Shown here: positions 52,001-63,018 of the stretch, piece after piece
Position numbering within the stretch: position 1 is the first letter of the stretch
How the letters are laid out: each line of letters starts with the position of its first letter
DNA from: Octopus sinensis
Taxonomy: Eukaryota
NCBI RefSeq assembly: GCF_006345805.1
Contig: NC_043004.1
Span: 78,616,001 to 78,680,000 of the forward strand
Direction of reading: 5' to 3'
DNA: 64,000 nucleotides
Made by a program: the position numbers and the translations under genes
The notes under the pieces: generated by a model
Databases searched by the model: none
The model's input: the letters and a program-made list of their open reading frames with translations, nothing else
Told to the model about the DNA's origin: nothing

Positions 52001-55000
52001 CCTTCATCATCATCACTCACATCCAATCGCTCGTTAATGAACAAACATATAATTGACAGCAGCATCCGACATACTTCGAGTGTGTATCCTTGTCGAGAAG
52101 ATCCAATTGGTTGCTATTCCAAGATGAGTGATAACATACACTTTTTCTCCCGCACTGATAGCAGTCCCAGTATTTCTGGTAGCGTGTCCCCCGCTGTCAA
52201 CCAGGGTGCATTATTTGATGACTCCACATACCCTGAAAGAGCTAACGAACCTACCACAAATAAAATATTTACCTCGTCTGTTATTGAAGAAGAGGTTACT
52301 CCTTACAGTTCAAAATCTATCAAAAGGAAAATAAAGCACGGTTCTTTGACTGTGGATAGATATAAAAGGAAGGAAGATGCAGAAAATGGTTCGCTGAGGC
52401 GCCAACTGAAATGTAATAAATCTGGCGATTTCAAAGATGGCATATCAAAGGCAAAGTTGATGAGTGCTCCATCTGATATGCAAGTCCACCCCAATTATTA
52501 CCCTCAAATATCTCAGATGCCAAACGTAACAGTTTCACCGGTGTACCATTTAACAAAAGGGAGACGTCCTCTAGCAAGACATCATAGTGAAAATGTCAAA
52601 TCCTCCTCCGTTTCGACATTGGATAATCTTTCTGATCAATACCATAACTGGCAGGAATCTAGGGAAGGATCTGACCGTTATCTTGAAATGCTCGAAAAAT
52701 ATCGTGACCCTGGCAATAAACCAGCCAAGTACACCTATTTGAATAGCGTTTACCAACCAACTACGAAACCAATGGAATGTAAAACCAAGGAAGGTCCCTT
52801 AACACGATTACGGTCTTCCTTTCGCCGTCATTTGAATGCTATAAAGACTCCCACTTACAAAGAAATGTCCCCAGTTCTAAATCCAAGTCAGTATTGTACA
52901 AACCAAGAGACTCTAGATTCCAAATCAGGTTCCTTTCAGCAAGGTCATCCCTGGCCAAATTATGAAATACGTCATTATCCAAGGGACCATGCTGGGAGAT
53001 TCTATGACATGCGTAGCCCAAGAGTACATGGCTCCAATTCAGAAGAATTTACCTACCAAAGTTACCTTCAAAGACCTCCATGTCATCAAGTCTATAACGA
53101 GCCAGCTCATTGCCTAAATCGTCAACAGTGTTACAATCCAGTGACTAATTGTAACAATTACTGTTCTCACAAGAGAATGTCCTATGCTGAAAACTGTTCC
53201 CACAGTAATTTGATGGAGAATGCAGCATCGTACCAAATACGTAAAGCTACAAGTCTTGAAAATCTAAACACTTTAAATGACAATCAGGCTTTGAGGAATT
53301 TCTCCACTGCAGATCCTTACAGCTGTAAACAAGTGCCTAATCATGCCGCGTATCGTACATTACCATACAGACCAAACCATTATATTAGTCAGTATCCTTG
53401 CTCTTCAGCTTTTTCTCCTTGCCATGATGGTGTTGTTTATGACAAAGCTAATGTCCGCCCTGAATATAACTGCAAGCAACAACAACCCTCCGATGCTCAT
53501 ACATATGTTGTGTACAGTGACAAACCCTCTGCTAATAGATGTGTGTCAGCACCACCAAATCCATCAGCCAATTACGGATCCTTACGAGGCCGAACCGTAC
53601 TCTCCAGGCAAAATAACCCAAAAGAACCAATTGTCGATCATGACTTTAGGTATTGTACTATTTCTTCAAGACGTTCTGAAAGTGCTCCACCAAATGAAAA
53701 TCTCTTCAGAGCAAGTTTCAAAAATCTTAGAAAAATTCCACCCAGGTCAACCACTTATGGTTCTAATAATGCTACTGAGACAGATTGCTATGACTTCCGG
53801 CAGCTGACCATATCACCAGTGCAGTCCATGTCGGTGCCACCAGATAAAGTAACCAGTATAGAAGCTTTAAGGAATCTCACAGTGTCTCCTGTAAGATCGG
53901 TTTCTGTGATTCCAAATCAATCTCCCAAAGAGCAAGAATGTTACTCTCAATATGGTGAGTCCTCAAACAGACCAACATCAGTTCCACCTGATTACACTTT
54001 CCATGGTAAAACGCAGAACTACCCACAAGGTACTGAGATTTCAGGGATGCCAGGTATAGACTGTAATTATAATAAAGGACAAAGATCAATAACTGCCGCT
54101 CAATCAATTGCTAATGACCGTTGTTTATCACATGGACAATTTACTGTTTATTCTGATTTCAATCTCTCCATTCCACCAGATTCTCAAACAATAAAATCTG
54201 TTGCAGAAATTTGCCCGTCTTACAGGATGGCACCGGCACTTCCTAGTGTCCCACCTAACAGTAATCAGTCTCCGTTGTTCAGCTGTAAGCATCCGTATCT
54301 TCCAGAACGGTCTCTTTCGGTTCCATTTAACTCCTCCCACTCAACTGACACAGATACGGATACAACCTCTGTCACTTCACTTTCCAGTTTCCCAGATTCG
54401 GTTAGTGATGCTCGATCGGCCGAAGATAAAGCAGCCAAACATTTGGAAGCGTTGGACAATTGTTTGAATTCTGAAACAAATAATTTAGAGTCAGAAATGG
54501 AATCGTTGAAGAGTCAATCAACATCCGATGAAGTTGATTCTTCACACGAGCCGACTGAGGTTGATGCTACAAAATCTCAAACAACAAATGAGGAAGACAG
54601 TCCTCAAAACCTGACCAAATTAAAAAAAATGTCCTCACACATTCATTCTGGAATTGCAATTAGTCCAATTTCTCCAGAAATCAAAGAAAATATGACAAAG
54701 AACCAAGAAATTATCAATGAACAGAGAACAGCTGCAGGTACATCTTTTGGTAGGATTCCTAAGGAGGTATGCAAGACCGAAGTGACACAAGAGAAGAAAT
54801 ATAATGGAAACGAATTCAATTCCAACAGTTTTCACGAAAATCACGATGAAACTGATGCAAAAATATTCCAAGAGTTTAAGAAACCTGATTCTGATGATTC
54901 TTATTCACATAATACTATTGTATCCAAAACACTGAATCATAACCAAGACCCTATTAGCTATTCCCAAAATTCTTTGTGTGAATCTGATATTGAAGAACAG

Positions 55001-56779
55001 CCTAGAAGACCACAAGTTCCTAAAGATCTCCCTAAAGAGAAAATAAAACCTGAAGAACTACATAAGGCTTTCCGTTTAAGTCCTTTAACAATTCAACAGT
55101 TGAAGAATTCTCCTCTGAAGCTGGGTCGATCTCAATCAATAAGCATTATGGATAAAAACCGTTTATCAAAATTAAAAGACAAACTAAGCCCACTTCGTAT
55201 TCAAACTTTAGTTAATTCTCCGTTCAAATTTGGACGCAGCATTGATCTTTTTGATCGGAAAAAGTGGCGTAGTGCAAACGATATACTGGATGAGGTGAAA
55301 AGTGAAACACCTGTTTGTAATTTGGTGAAGGTGAAATATTTAGAAGATAAAAACACAGAAAACGTTAAGGATATTCAAGAAGGGAAAAATTCTGCGAAAG
55401 AAGTTCAAAATGAAACCTCGTTAACTGATAGAAAAACAACAGCAAATCTATCAAGTAATTATCTCACGGATAATGAGGTTAATTCTTCAAATTTTGGAAC
55501 TATAGATGATCGTGACTGGGCTCTTGATGTACTGGACCATTTGTCTAGAATATCTGACCACCATACTACCAGTTTCAGTGGGAGCAGCCATGCCTTCTCT
55601 GAAAAATCCAGACAGAGAAATATTACCAAAGATCTTGTACAAGATGGTTCGTCGATGGCAAGTTTGCAGAAAAGGTCTCAAGTCAGTTGTGACCAAATTC
55701 CATTAATTAATCAGAATAACTGTAATGAAGATGTAAATGAATTAATTAGAAAAGATGTTGATGGCAATAATATTGATAACAGTCAAAACACTCTGCGACA
55801 ATCAGAAGGATTTGAGAGTCAAAGCAGTTCTCGGTGTGAGATATCTGGTACCTGTAATGGCAGATTACAACCAAATATTGATTGGAAATGTAATAACGAA
55901 CAGGAGAAAATGGGGCTTGAAGAGAAAGGAATTACTTCAAGAGTTTGTCAGAAAGAGGACTTGGTATTCGAGAAACTTTCACATCTCAAAGATCCGATTG
56001 TTTTGGAGCCTTTAGCTACAGAGAGAAAGGAATGTTCTAGAGAAAGTATTAATATGAATAATAAGTCTGAAAAACATTGTACAGATCAGAGAATATATGG
56101 TGCTGGAGACGATAATTCTTCAAAACTGTCATTGACAGGTAAATACCAGAAAAAACTCGCTAATGTTTATGCTGACGCCAAACCTTCTTACGTTGGAGAT
56201 TTTATTTCTGAAGAAGATATCAAGAACTGGCAAGTGTCAGTCCAGTTAAAAGGGTTAGAATTTGCTGAGAATAATAGCAATGCAAATGATTTTGATAAAT
56301 TAAATAATTCCTTGTTTAGAGAGAAATTGGCAAGAGAAACTAATTATTTATGGGGAAGTCCATTTGATAAATTTAAACCAAATTTCTCAATGGATGATAT
56401 AAGTTATGGCATCAGAAAATTTCCTCTGAGAACCCAGAGTTTTCAGTCAAGATTCCCCAGAACTGTATCCCGACCAGTTGACCCTCAAGTGATGCCAACC
56501 ATCTTTGAGAATAAAATAATGACAGAGCAATTTATATATGATGATGCAATTTCTGACATGTATCTTTACAAAGAACCACAATCACACCATCCACCCTGTT
56601 ATGCATATGATGACCAGAGATATACCAACCCTAAACATCCGTTATACATTTATGATCGGTCACTTGCTTACATGGACAGTGTCCACCCAGATGGTTACAT
56701 GACCATTCCAAGTAAGAAACCTGCTAATTCTTGGAATTTAAAAAAAAAGAAAAAATTATTTTCCAAAAATCCAAAATAA
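52001..56779 (+). CDS. XKR: XK-related protein, giant terminal exon (1592 aa Ser/Pro/Asn-rich, probably disordered tail)
   Basis: Acceptor tttgtttatttctcattacag|CCT is in phase 0 and in frame with the previous exon. The 4779-nt open frame contains no SINEs or microsatellites, unlike all flanking DNA, and ends TAA at 56777-56779. Confidence 0.88.
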   Translation, partial: PSSSSLTSNRSLMNKHIIDSSIRHTSSVYPCREDPIGCYSKMSDNIHFFSRTDSSPSISGSVSPAVNQGALFDDSTYPERANEPTTNKIFTSSVIEEEVTPYSSKSIKRKIKHGSLTVDRYKRKEDAENGSLRRQLKCNKSGDFKDGISKAKLMSAPSDMQVHPNYYPQISQMPNVTVSPVYHLTKGRRPLARHHSENVKSSSVSTLDNLSDQYHNWQESREGSDRYLEMLEKYRDPGNKPAKYTYLNSVYQPTTKPMECKTKEGPLTRLRSSFRRHLNAIKTPTYKEMSPVLNPSQYCTNQETLDSKSGSFQQGHPWPNYEIRHYPRDHAGRFYDMRSPRVHGSNSEEFTYQSYLQRPPCHQVYNEPAHCLNRQQCYNPVTNCNNYCSHKRMSYAENCSHSNLMENAASYQIRKATSLENLNTLNDNQALRNFSTADPYSCKQVPNHAAYRTLPYRPNHYISQYPCSSAFSPCHDGVVYDKANVRPEYNCKQQQPSDAHTYVVYSDKPSANRCVSAPPNPSANYGSLRGRTVLSRQNNPKEPIVDHDFRYCTISSRRSESAPPNENLFRASFKNLRKIPPRSTTYGSNNATETDCYDFRQLTISPVQSMSVPPDKVTSIEALRNLTVSPVRSVSVIPNQSPKEQECYSQYGESSNRPTSVPPDYTFHGKTQNYPQGTEISGMPGIDCNYNKGQRSITAAQSIANDRCLSHGQFTVYSDFNLSIPPDSQTIKSVAEICPSYRMAPALPSVPPNSNQSPLFSCKHPYLPERSLSVPFNSSHSTDTDTDTTSVTSLSSFPDSVSDARSAEDKAAKHLEALDNCLNSETNNLESEMESLKSQSTSDEVDSSHEPTEVDATKSQTTNEEDSPQNLTKLKKMSSHIHSGIAISPISPEIKENMTKNQEIINEQRTAAGTSFGRIPKEVCKTEVTQEKKYNGNEFNSNSFHENHDETDAKIFQEFKKPDSDDSYSHNTIVSKTLNHNQDPISYSQNSLCESDIEEQPRRPQVPKDLPKEKIKPEELHKAFRLSPLTIQQLKNSPLKLGRSQSISIMDKNRLSKLKDKLSPLRIQTLVNSPFKFGRSIDLFDRKKWRSANDILDEVKSETPVCNLVKVKYLEDKNTENVKDIQEGKNSAKEVQNETSLTDRKTTANLSSNYLTDNEVNSSNFGTIDDRDWALDVLDHLSRISDHHTTSFSGSSHAFSEKSRQRNITKDLVQDGSSMASLQKRSQVSCDQIPLINQNNCNEDVNELIRKDVDGNNIDNSQNTLRQSEGFESQSSSRCEISGTCNGRLQPNIDWKCNNEQEKMGLEEKGITSRVCQKEDLVFEKLSHLKDPIVLEPLATERKECSRESINMNNKSEKHCTDQRIYGAGDDNSSKLSLTGKYQKKLANVYADAKPSYVGDFISEEDIKNWQVSVQLKGLEFAENNSNANDFDKLNNSLFREKLARETNYLWGSPFDKFKPNFSMDDISYGIRKFPLRTQSFQSRFPRTVSRPVDPQVMPTIFENKIMTEQFIYDDAISDMYLYKEPQSHHPPCYAYDDQRYTNPKHPLYIYDRSLAYMDSVHPDGYMTIPSKKPANSWNLKKKKKLFSKNPK

Positions 56780-56780
56780 A
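56775..56780 (+). promoter_or_regulatory. AATAAA overlapping the XKR stop codon (candidate poly(A) signal)
   Basis: The sequence AAA TAA A contains AATAAA spanning the stop. Use is unproven and such hexamers are common in AT-rich DNA. Confidence 0.3.
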
Positions 56781-59166
56781 ATTGGTTAATGATAATGTAA
56801 ATCAGTTGTTACAAAGTTTGAAGACTTAAAATGGTTCCAGAATTATTGAGGAAATATTTTTGGACCAAGAAATTTCTTTGAACAATAGAGATTCCTGAAA
56901 TGAGTTGTAAAATGGTGACTTTTTATGAAATTTAAAACTAAATCTGAGATGAATATTAAGATGACGATTACCATACATACATGTGCACATGTGTATAACA
57001 TATATATTATACACATGTATATAATATATATTTATATACATATATATGAGAGAGAGAGAAATTAAGAGTGAAATTGCTGTAGTAGAGTATTGAATGGCAT
57101 AAAATGTGTCCTTCTTTGAGGTAAAGATAACAGAAGGGAAATAAGACAACAAAGTTACTTCATTCTTCATCCTCTTTGAGAAACTGGGTGCTGCTGTTTC
57201 GCAGAGATGATGTAAAACTGCTGACTTTTTAAAATTCCCTCTTGTGTCATCTTTACCCTGCAAAAGGTCTCTGTCCAGGATGGAGGTGTAGAGAACCCCG
57301 CTGCCCCCATGGCAATGTCACTCTTTTGATGTTTGTTTTCAAAAAAATGTCTTATCCATACAGACCACCACCAAGTTCCTTGATTATTTTATCCAACGTA
57401 TGTGTGTGTATGTATGTACGTACATTACATCAAGCTTTTGTCATTTACAGTTGTCTCTTCTTCAGTCTCATGAAAGCTTCTGCAGAATATTGCATGTAAT
57501 ATAGAGATCCAGATGTATAATTTTTTTTCAATGTATATTCATATATATAACATACGTGTCTCTTTCTTTCTTTTGTTTCAGCCATTGGCATGTGGCCATG
57601 CTGGGGCACTGTTCTGCAGAGTTTGGTCAAGCAAACTGAGCCCCAATACTTACATTTTTACAAATTTGCTACTTATTTTATTGGTCTCTTTTGTCAGACT
57701 GCTAGGTTACATCAGCTGTGAAGCAGTGGATAGGGGACGAACACACAAGCTACCAGTTCTTGCCTACAAAATTCACTCACAAGGTTGGCCTGGGGGCGGG
57801 GGGCCATAATAGAAGACATCTATCCAAAGTGGTTCACAATGGGACTGAACCAGAAACCTTGTGGTTGCAAAGTGAACTTATTAACCACATATACATATAT
57901 CTTTATTTTCTGGTTTCAGTAATCAGAATACATCCACACAGGAGCCCCACCTTCAAGTGTTCCAGGTTTTGTCGGATAAAGACGACCAAAAGTGAAGGGA
58001 GATAACTGACGTTCTGCCATTCCTTACTGACACAATATTATATTTGTCTCTGACAACTTTTCACAAAGCTTTAAGCAAGTAAGAGTGTAACAGAGTGCGA
58101 TTGAACTCAGAATAATCTGATTTTACAGCAGATTTATCTACCTGCCACTCATGCACCTGTGTAAATGCACACACACGTATAGCTGGAGGCCTTCCTAACT
58201 CCAACCACCTTCCAGTAAGGACTAGATGCTATTTCTTTTGACACTGGCAATGTTGCTAAGTAACTTGCAATGCAAGAAAAGACCTCACTCTGCCGTTCAC
58301 AAAGTGTAAGGTGAGGAAGAGGCTTTATTCCAAGTATCGAGAAGCTAAAGTAGGCAAGGGCAACTTCTTCCAAGAAGCAGGTTGCTTGAGAGGTGACTCA
58401 TCATCCAGTGGACCATGCTACTAAAAAATAAATTCAAGCTAATTTTTTTGTTAGGTGTGCTGGTGGCATGTAAAAAGCACCCATTACACTCCTGGAGTAG
58501 TTGGTGTTAGGAAGGACATCCAGATGTAGAAACCATGCCAAATCAGCCTGAAACCTGGTGCAGCTCTTTGGCTTACCAGTTCCAGTCAAACCCAGCTAAT
58601 CCATACCCACATGGAAAACAGACTAAGATGATGTATGCTCTTCAGAAAGTCCCGAGGGCTGCAATTTGCATATAACTGGGCAAAAGGAAAAACACAGGGG
58701 GTTTGCTAAAGAAAATATATGGCTATTCTGCATTATACAAATTAAACAACCAAGGAAAACAGCGAAATTAATTTTCCTATCTTTGATTAATATATTTATA
58801 AATAATCTTTGATTAATGCTAATGTATCTCTGCTTGAAATAAGTACTAAAGACTGATCAAACCGTTTACTTTCGTATCTATATTGATCATTGTGAATCAT
58901 GGGTGTTTGGGTTCAATCCAAAGAAATGCAAATCTGAAAAATATGGAACACGATAAATGTGAAGTATTCATGAAATCTCCAAAAGCCATGACATTTTAAG
59001 TTTATTATGGAAAACGAATATTTGTGAATTCAGGAGTAAAGAAATAAGAAATTAAACAGATTGAAGGATCAGTTGTTTATCATCTGGTAAAAATAATATA
59101 TACATTAGCCAGGTGTTTCTCAGTGTTCCAAACAACGAAAGCAGTCACAGTTGTTATAGTGGTGTA

Positions 59167-59172
59167 TTTATT
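59167..59172 (-). promoter_or_regulatory. Candidate poly(A) signal of BSDC1-like gene
   Basis: Minus-strand AATAAA about 30 nt after the stop; further hexamers at 59001-59006 and lower coordinates. Confidence 0.3.
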
Positions 59173-59199
59173 GTTATATACATACATAAAATGATAGTT

Positions 59200-59226
59200 T
59201 TACTCCCAGCTCTCCCATTCTTCTTC
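59200..59226 (-). CDS. BSDC1: BSDC1-like terminal coding exon (EEEWESWE*)
   Basis: Acceptor ctgcttctttctttaatttttcag|GAA GAA GAA TGG GAG AGC TGG GAG TAA in phase 0, matching the previous donor. Vertebrate BSDC1 ends ...EWEDWE as I recall. Confidence 0.87.
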   Translation of the reverse strand, partial: EEEWESWE

Positions 59227-61853
59227 CTGAAAAATTAAAGAAAGAAGCAGTATTAATTAACTGTTTAGTGAAGATTAGGTGGTAAATAGGATATTTTATG
59301 TGAAATAATTAATAAAGAAAAACTTCAATGAAAAAGTGGACAGATCAACATGGAAAAATCAGCTCTGTCAACCCATCATCATCATTTAGCGTCCGTTTTC
59401 CATGCTGGCATTAGTTTGACTGGGGTCTGGGAAGCCAGGAGGCTGCACCAGGCTCCGGTCTGATCTGGCAGTGTTTCTACAGCTGGATGCCCTTCCTAAC
59501 ACCAACCACTCTGAGAGTGTAGTGGGCGGTTTTTACGTGCCACCAGCACAAGGGCCACGATCGGTTGGTGCTTTTTACGCACCACCGGCACAGAAGCCAG
59601 TTATGGTGATGCTAGCATCGACCACATTCGGATGCTACTTTTTACGTGCCCATGGCACAGGGATCACAACTACAATTTCCATTTGATTTTGATGTACTTG
59701 ACTCAATAGGTCTCGAAATAATGAAATCTTAAAAAGCAATAACAAAACTCAATAATCCTTTATATTAAAGGTACAAAGCCTGGAATTTGGGGAGGAAGAG
59801 ACTAGTTGATTACATTGACTCTGAAAGGATGAGAAGCAAAGCTGAACTCAGAATGCGAAGACAGAATGCCACTAAGCATTGGAGCCTGGTGCAAACTTCT
59901 GGTTTGCCAGTCCTCAGACAAATCGTCCAACCCATTGCCAGCATGGAAAGCGGATGTTAAACGACGATGATGTACTGCCTTAATGATAATAATGAAATTG
60001 GATAGTGCTCAGGTGCATACAACTCCTCAGGAAATGTAACTAAAAGCACAGGGACTTTTAGTTACATTTACGTAGGAAGCAAACAAGGAGTCATTAAGAA
60101 AACGTGGAGAGCATCAGATGTACTGTTGACGAATTTCGGGAAGCACTAAAGTTTTGGAGGATGCAATAAAAATATTTGGATGTTTGCCATTGTGAAAGAG
60201 TTTGGTGACACACTCAGGAAGAAGAATATAGAGTTGCTGCCAATGAATCAAAGAAAATCAATTTTTATTGTATTTGGATGCAATGGAAAAATGAATTGAC
60301 AAAGATTCAAGTATCATCATCATCATTTAATGGCCATGTTCCATGTTCAGGTGGTTTTTCTGAACTGTGATGAATACAAGAAACCAATTTGAACAGGAGG
60401 TATAATTTTTAAATAATTATTTTCATAAAGTTTAAACATATCTTGTGAGTTACTTGGTGACCTTCACTAGAGCCAGCCCCATGTGAAATGTACCCAGTTT
60501 ACAGTGTAAAGCGGTTGACATTAGGAATGTCTTCTAATTGTAGAAACCATGCCAAAACAGCTTCAAAAATTGAGTTTGATGCAGTGGTCCAGCTCATCAG
60601 ATCCTGCCAACTGTCCAAACCATACCTCAATGAAAAAACAGACATTAAATGATGATAATGACATCCGATCTTTAGATCTTACATAATATTTTGTCTTTAG
60701 GCGCTTAAAGACATCACACTCTATTACAATAGATAATTTAATGTTTTATAATGCCAGAAAAGTGTATTAACCATTTTGATACCAAACTGTCTGACACTGT
60801 CCCTAATCTTAACCGGATGGCTACTTGGCAGCATTCACTTTTTCATATATCAGAGATGCTAAATTCTTGCCTGAGCATGTGGCTGGTTGCAATTAAGTAC
60901 CATTGTAAATGACTGAGAATGGCTGAAATACATCTTGCATTCTTGCTGGGACAAATCTCCTGGTATTTGAATTTTTAACACAGCACATCCATAAAAGATG
61001 TTATATTAAGACAAATGCTGCAATAACTGGCCTATCCATGCTGTATATACATTTAGTATGATACATGGAGAGCTATTACAAAATACAAGTATTAAAATGA
61101 TTCAAATTGAAACCTATCAAAATTTCACGTCAAATTGTATTCCAAATACCAGCTAAATTCTTTATAATCAAAAAGAGAGGAAGTGAGATAATTAAACTCA
61201 CACCAACCGGCTTCCATGCCAGTGGCACATAAAAGGGCACCATTTAAGTGTGATCATTACCAGCATCGCCTTACTGGCACTTGTGACCGTGCTAGTAGGG
61301 TGCCAAGAACACCATCCGAGTGTGATCATTGCCAGAGCAGCCAACTGGCTCCGTGTCGGCACGTAAAAAGGGCACCATTCGAGCGTGATCGTTACCAACA
61401 TTGCCTTACTGGCACCTGTGCCATGTGTAAAAAGATTCGAGCAAGGCCATTGCCAGTATCGCCTGACTGGCCCTGTGCTGGTGGCACGTAGAAAGCACCC
61501 ACTACACTCTCGGAGTGGTTGGCGTTAGGAAGGGCATCCAGCTGTAGAAAGCCTGCCAGATCAAGACTGGAGCCTGGTGTGGCTGTCTGGTTTGCCAGCC
61601 CTCAGTTATTCGTCCAACCCATGCTATCATGGAAATATGGTAAGAAAAGGGTTGCGCAATCTTCCTCCAAATAATTTTTAGTCACAATATTCCATGTCAT
61701 TTATGGTTATCTCAGAATTCATAGCACAATTTCTTTAGATTAATTAACCTAATAATTGATAAGAAAGGAAATGTTGAAAAAAAAAAAAAAAAATGAAAGA
61801 TTAATCAGGGTTTGACAATAATGTGTGTCGGTAAAATATATTGAACAGAATAC

Positions 61854-62002
61854 CTCAATATCTCCAGATGTTCTGTAAACGTCTTTTAGTGGAGTTGTGG
61901 AGAGATTTTTGAGTGCTTCTTGAGCTTTTCTTAGATCTTCTTCTGTGATATCCACAGCAAAGTCTTGTTCCCATTCATCATCAGGACAGCTACTAGCAGT
62001 AT
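61854..62002 (-). CDS. BSDC1: BSDC1-like penultimate coding exon
   Basis: Acceptor tcttctatattcag|AT, donor GAG|gtattc, 149 nt. Encodes DTASSCPDDEWEQDFAVDITEEDLRKAQEALKNL..., resembling the conserved BSDC1 C-terminal D/EWEKDFDLDMTEEE motif as I recall it. Confidence 0.85.
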
Positions 62003-63018
62003 CTGAATATAGAAGACATACATGTTACAAACAATTATCTAACCCTCTAGGGTTTAGATTACTCTGCCAAATGTATTGCTTATCCATTCCTGTTGTTTTG
62101 AATTTTAATAATGCATTATATCATAGCTTTGCGTTTCAATAATATGATTATCTAGAGAATGACATTGTAGAGTACAAGGCTAGATCTGGCTAGTTTGAAT
62201 GTAAAACAGAATATTTGGGCCAGAAATGGCTGGTTTAAATGCAATAGGATGAAAAGAACAGAGAACCATCCTAAATTCAAAATAGTTATTTTTTTTCCTG
62301 ATTAAAAATTCTCCCAGGGATCCTAAAATACCAGTAATACACCAAGATCGAGTTGATCAACCATAACAAGATCAATTTTATTAACAATACTTCATACTAA
62401 ATTTGAACTTGTGTCCAAGTCATAAGAAATTTATCTGTTTTAGTGTCCACCTTTCCATGCTTGCATAGTCAAATGGAATTTGCTGAGGTAGATTTTTCTA
62501 TGGTTGGATGCCCTTCCTGTTGCCAACACTCATCTGTTTCCGAGCAAAGGTAATATTTCCCCTTCGTCAGACATACTTTCCATGGATGACTCGAAACAAT
62601 TGCTTGTATAATGGTGATGGTTTGGTTGTAAACAACCATTACATGATTACACATACATACAACAAGCTTCTTCCAGTTTCTGTCTACAAAAACCTGGAGA
62701 GCCTGAGACTTGACTAAGGTGCCACACAGTGGGACAGGATCCATGACCACAGAATTGGGAAACAAGCTTCTTAACCAAACACCCATGCCTCATCTGTAGC
62801 TGCAATATTAATGTAAAGTTTTTATTTCAATTTGAAATCAAGACCAAATCATAAATTTGCTTCATCACCGGATATTTTATTGTGATTTCTTATCAACAGT
62901 ATAAAACATGGCAGGCTTCACAATGTTGGCCGTTTGCAATAGCAAAGGACGAAGGACAGCAAAACCCCAAACCCATTCAATCTATGCTAGTATGGAAAAA
63001 TAACTGTGAAATGAGGCG

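Noticed and set aside
51965-56779. 1604-aa ORF as a stand-alone gene
   Set aside because: Its start is a GTG inside a polypyrimidine tract, and a canonical in-frame acceptor at 52000 links it to the XKR exons. An internal ATG start (about 52034 or 52124) cannot be excluded without transcripts.
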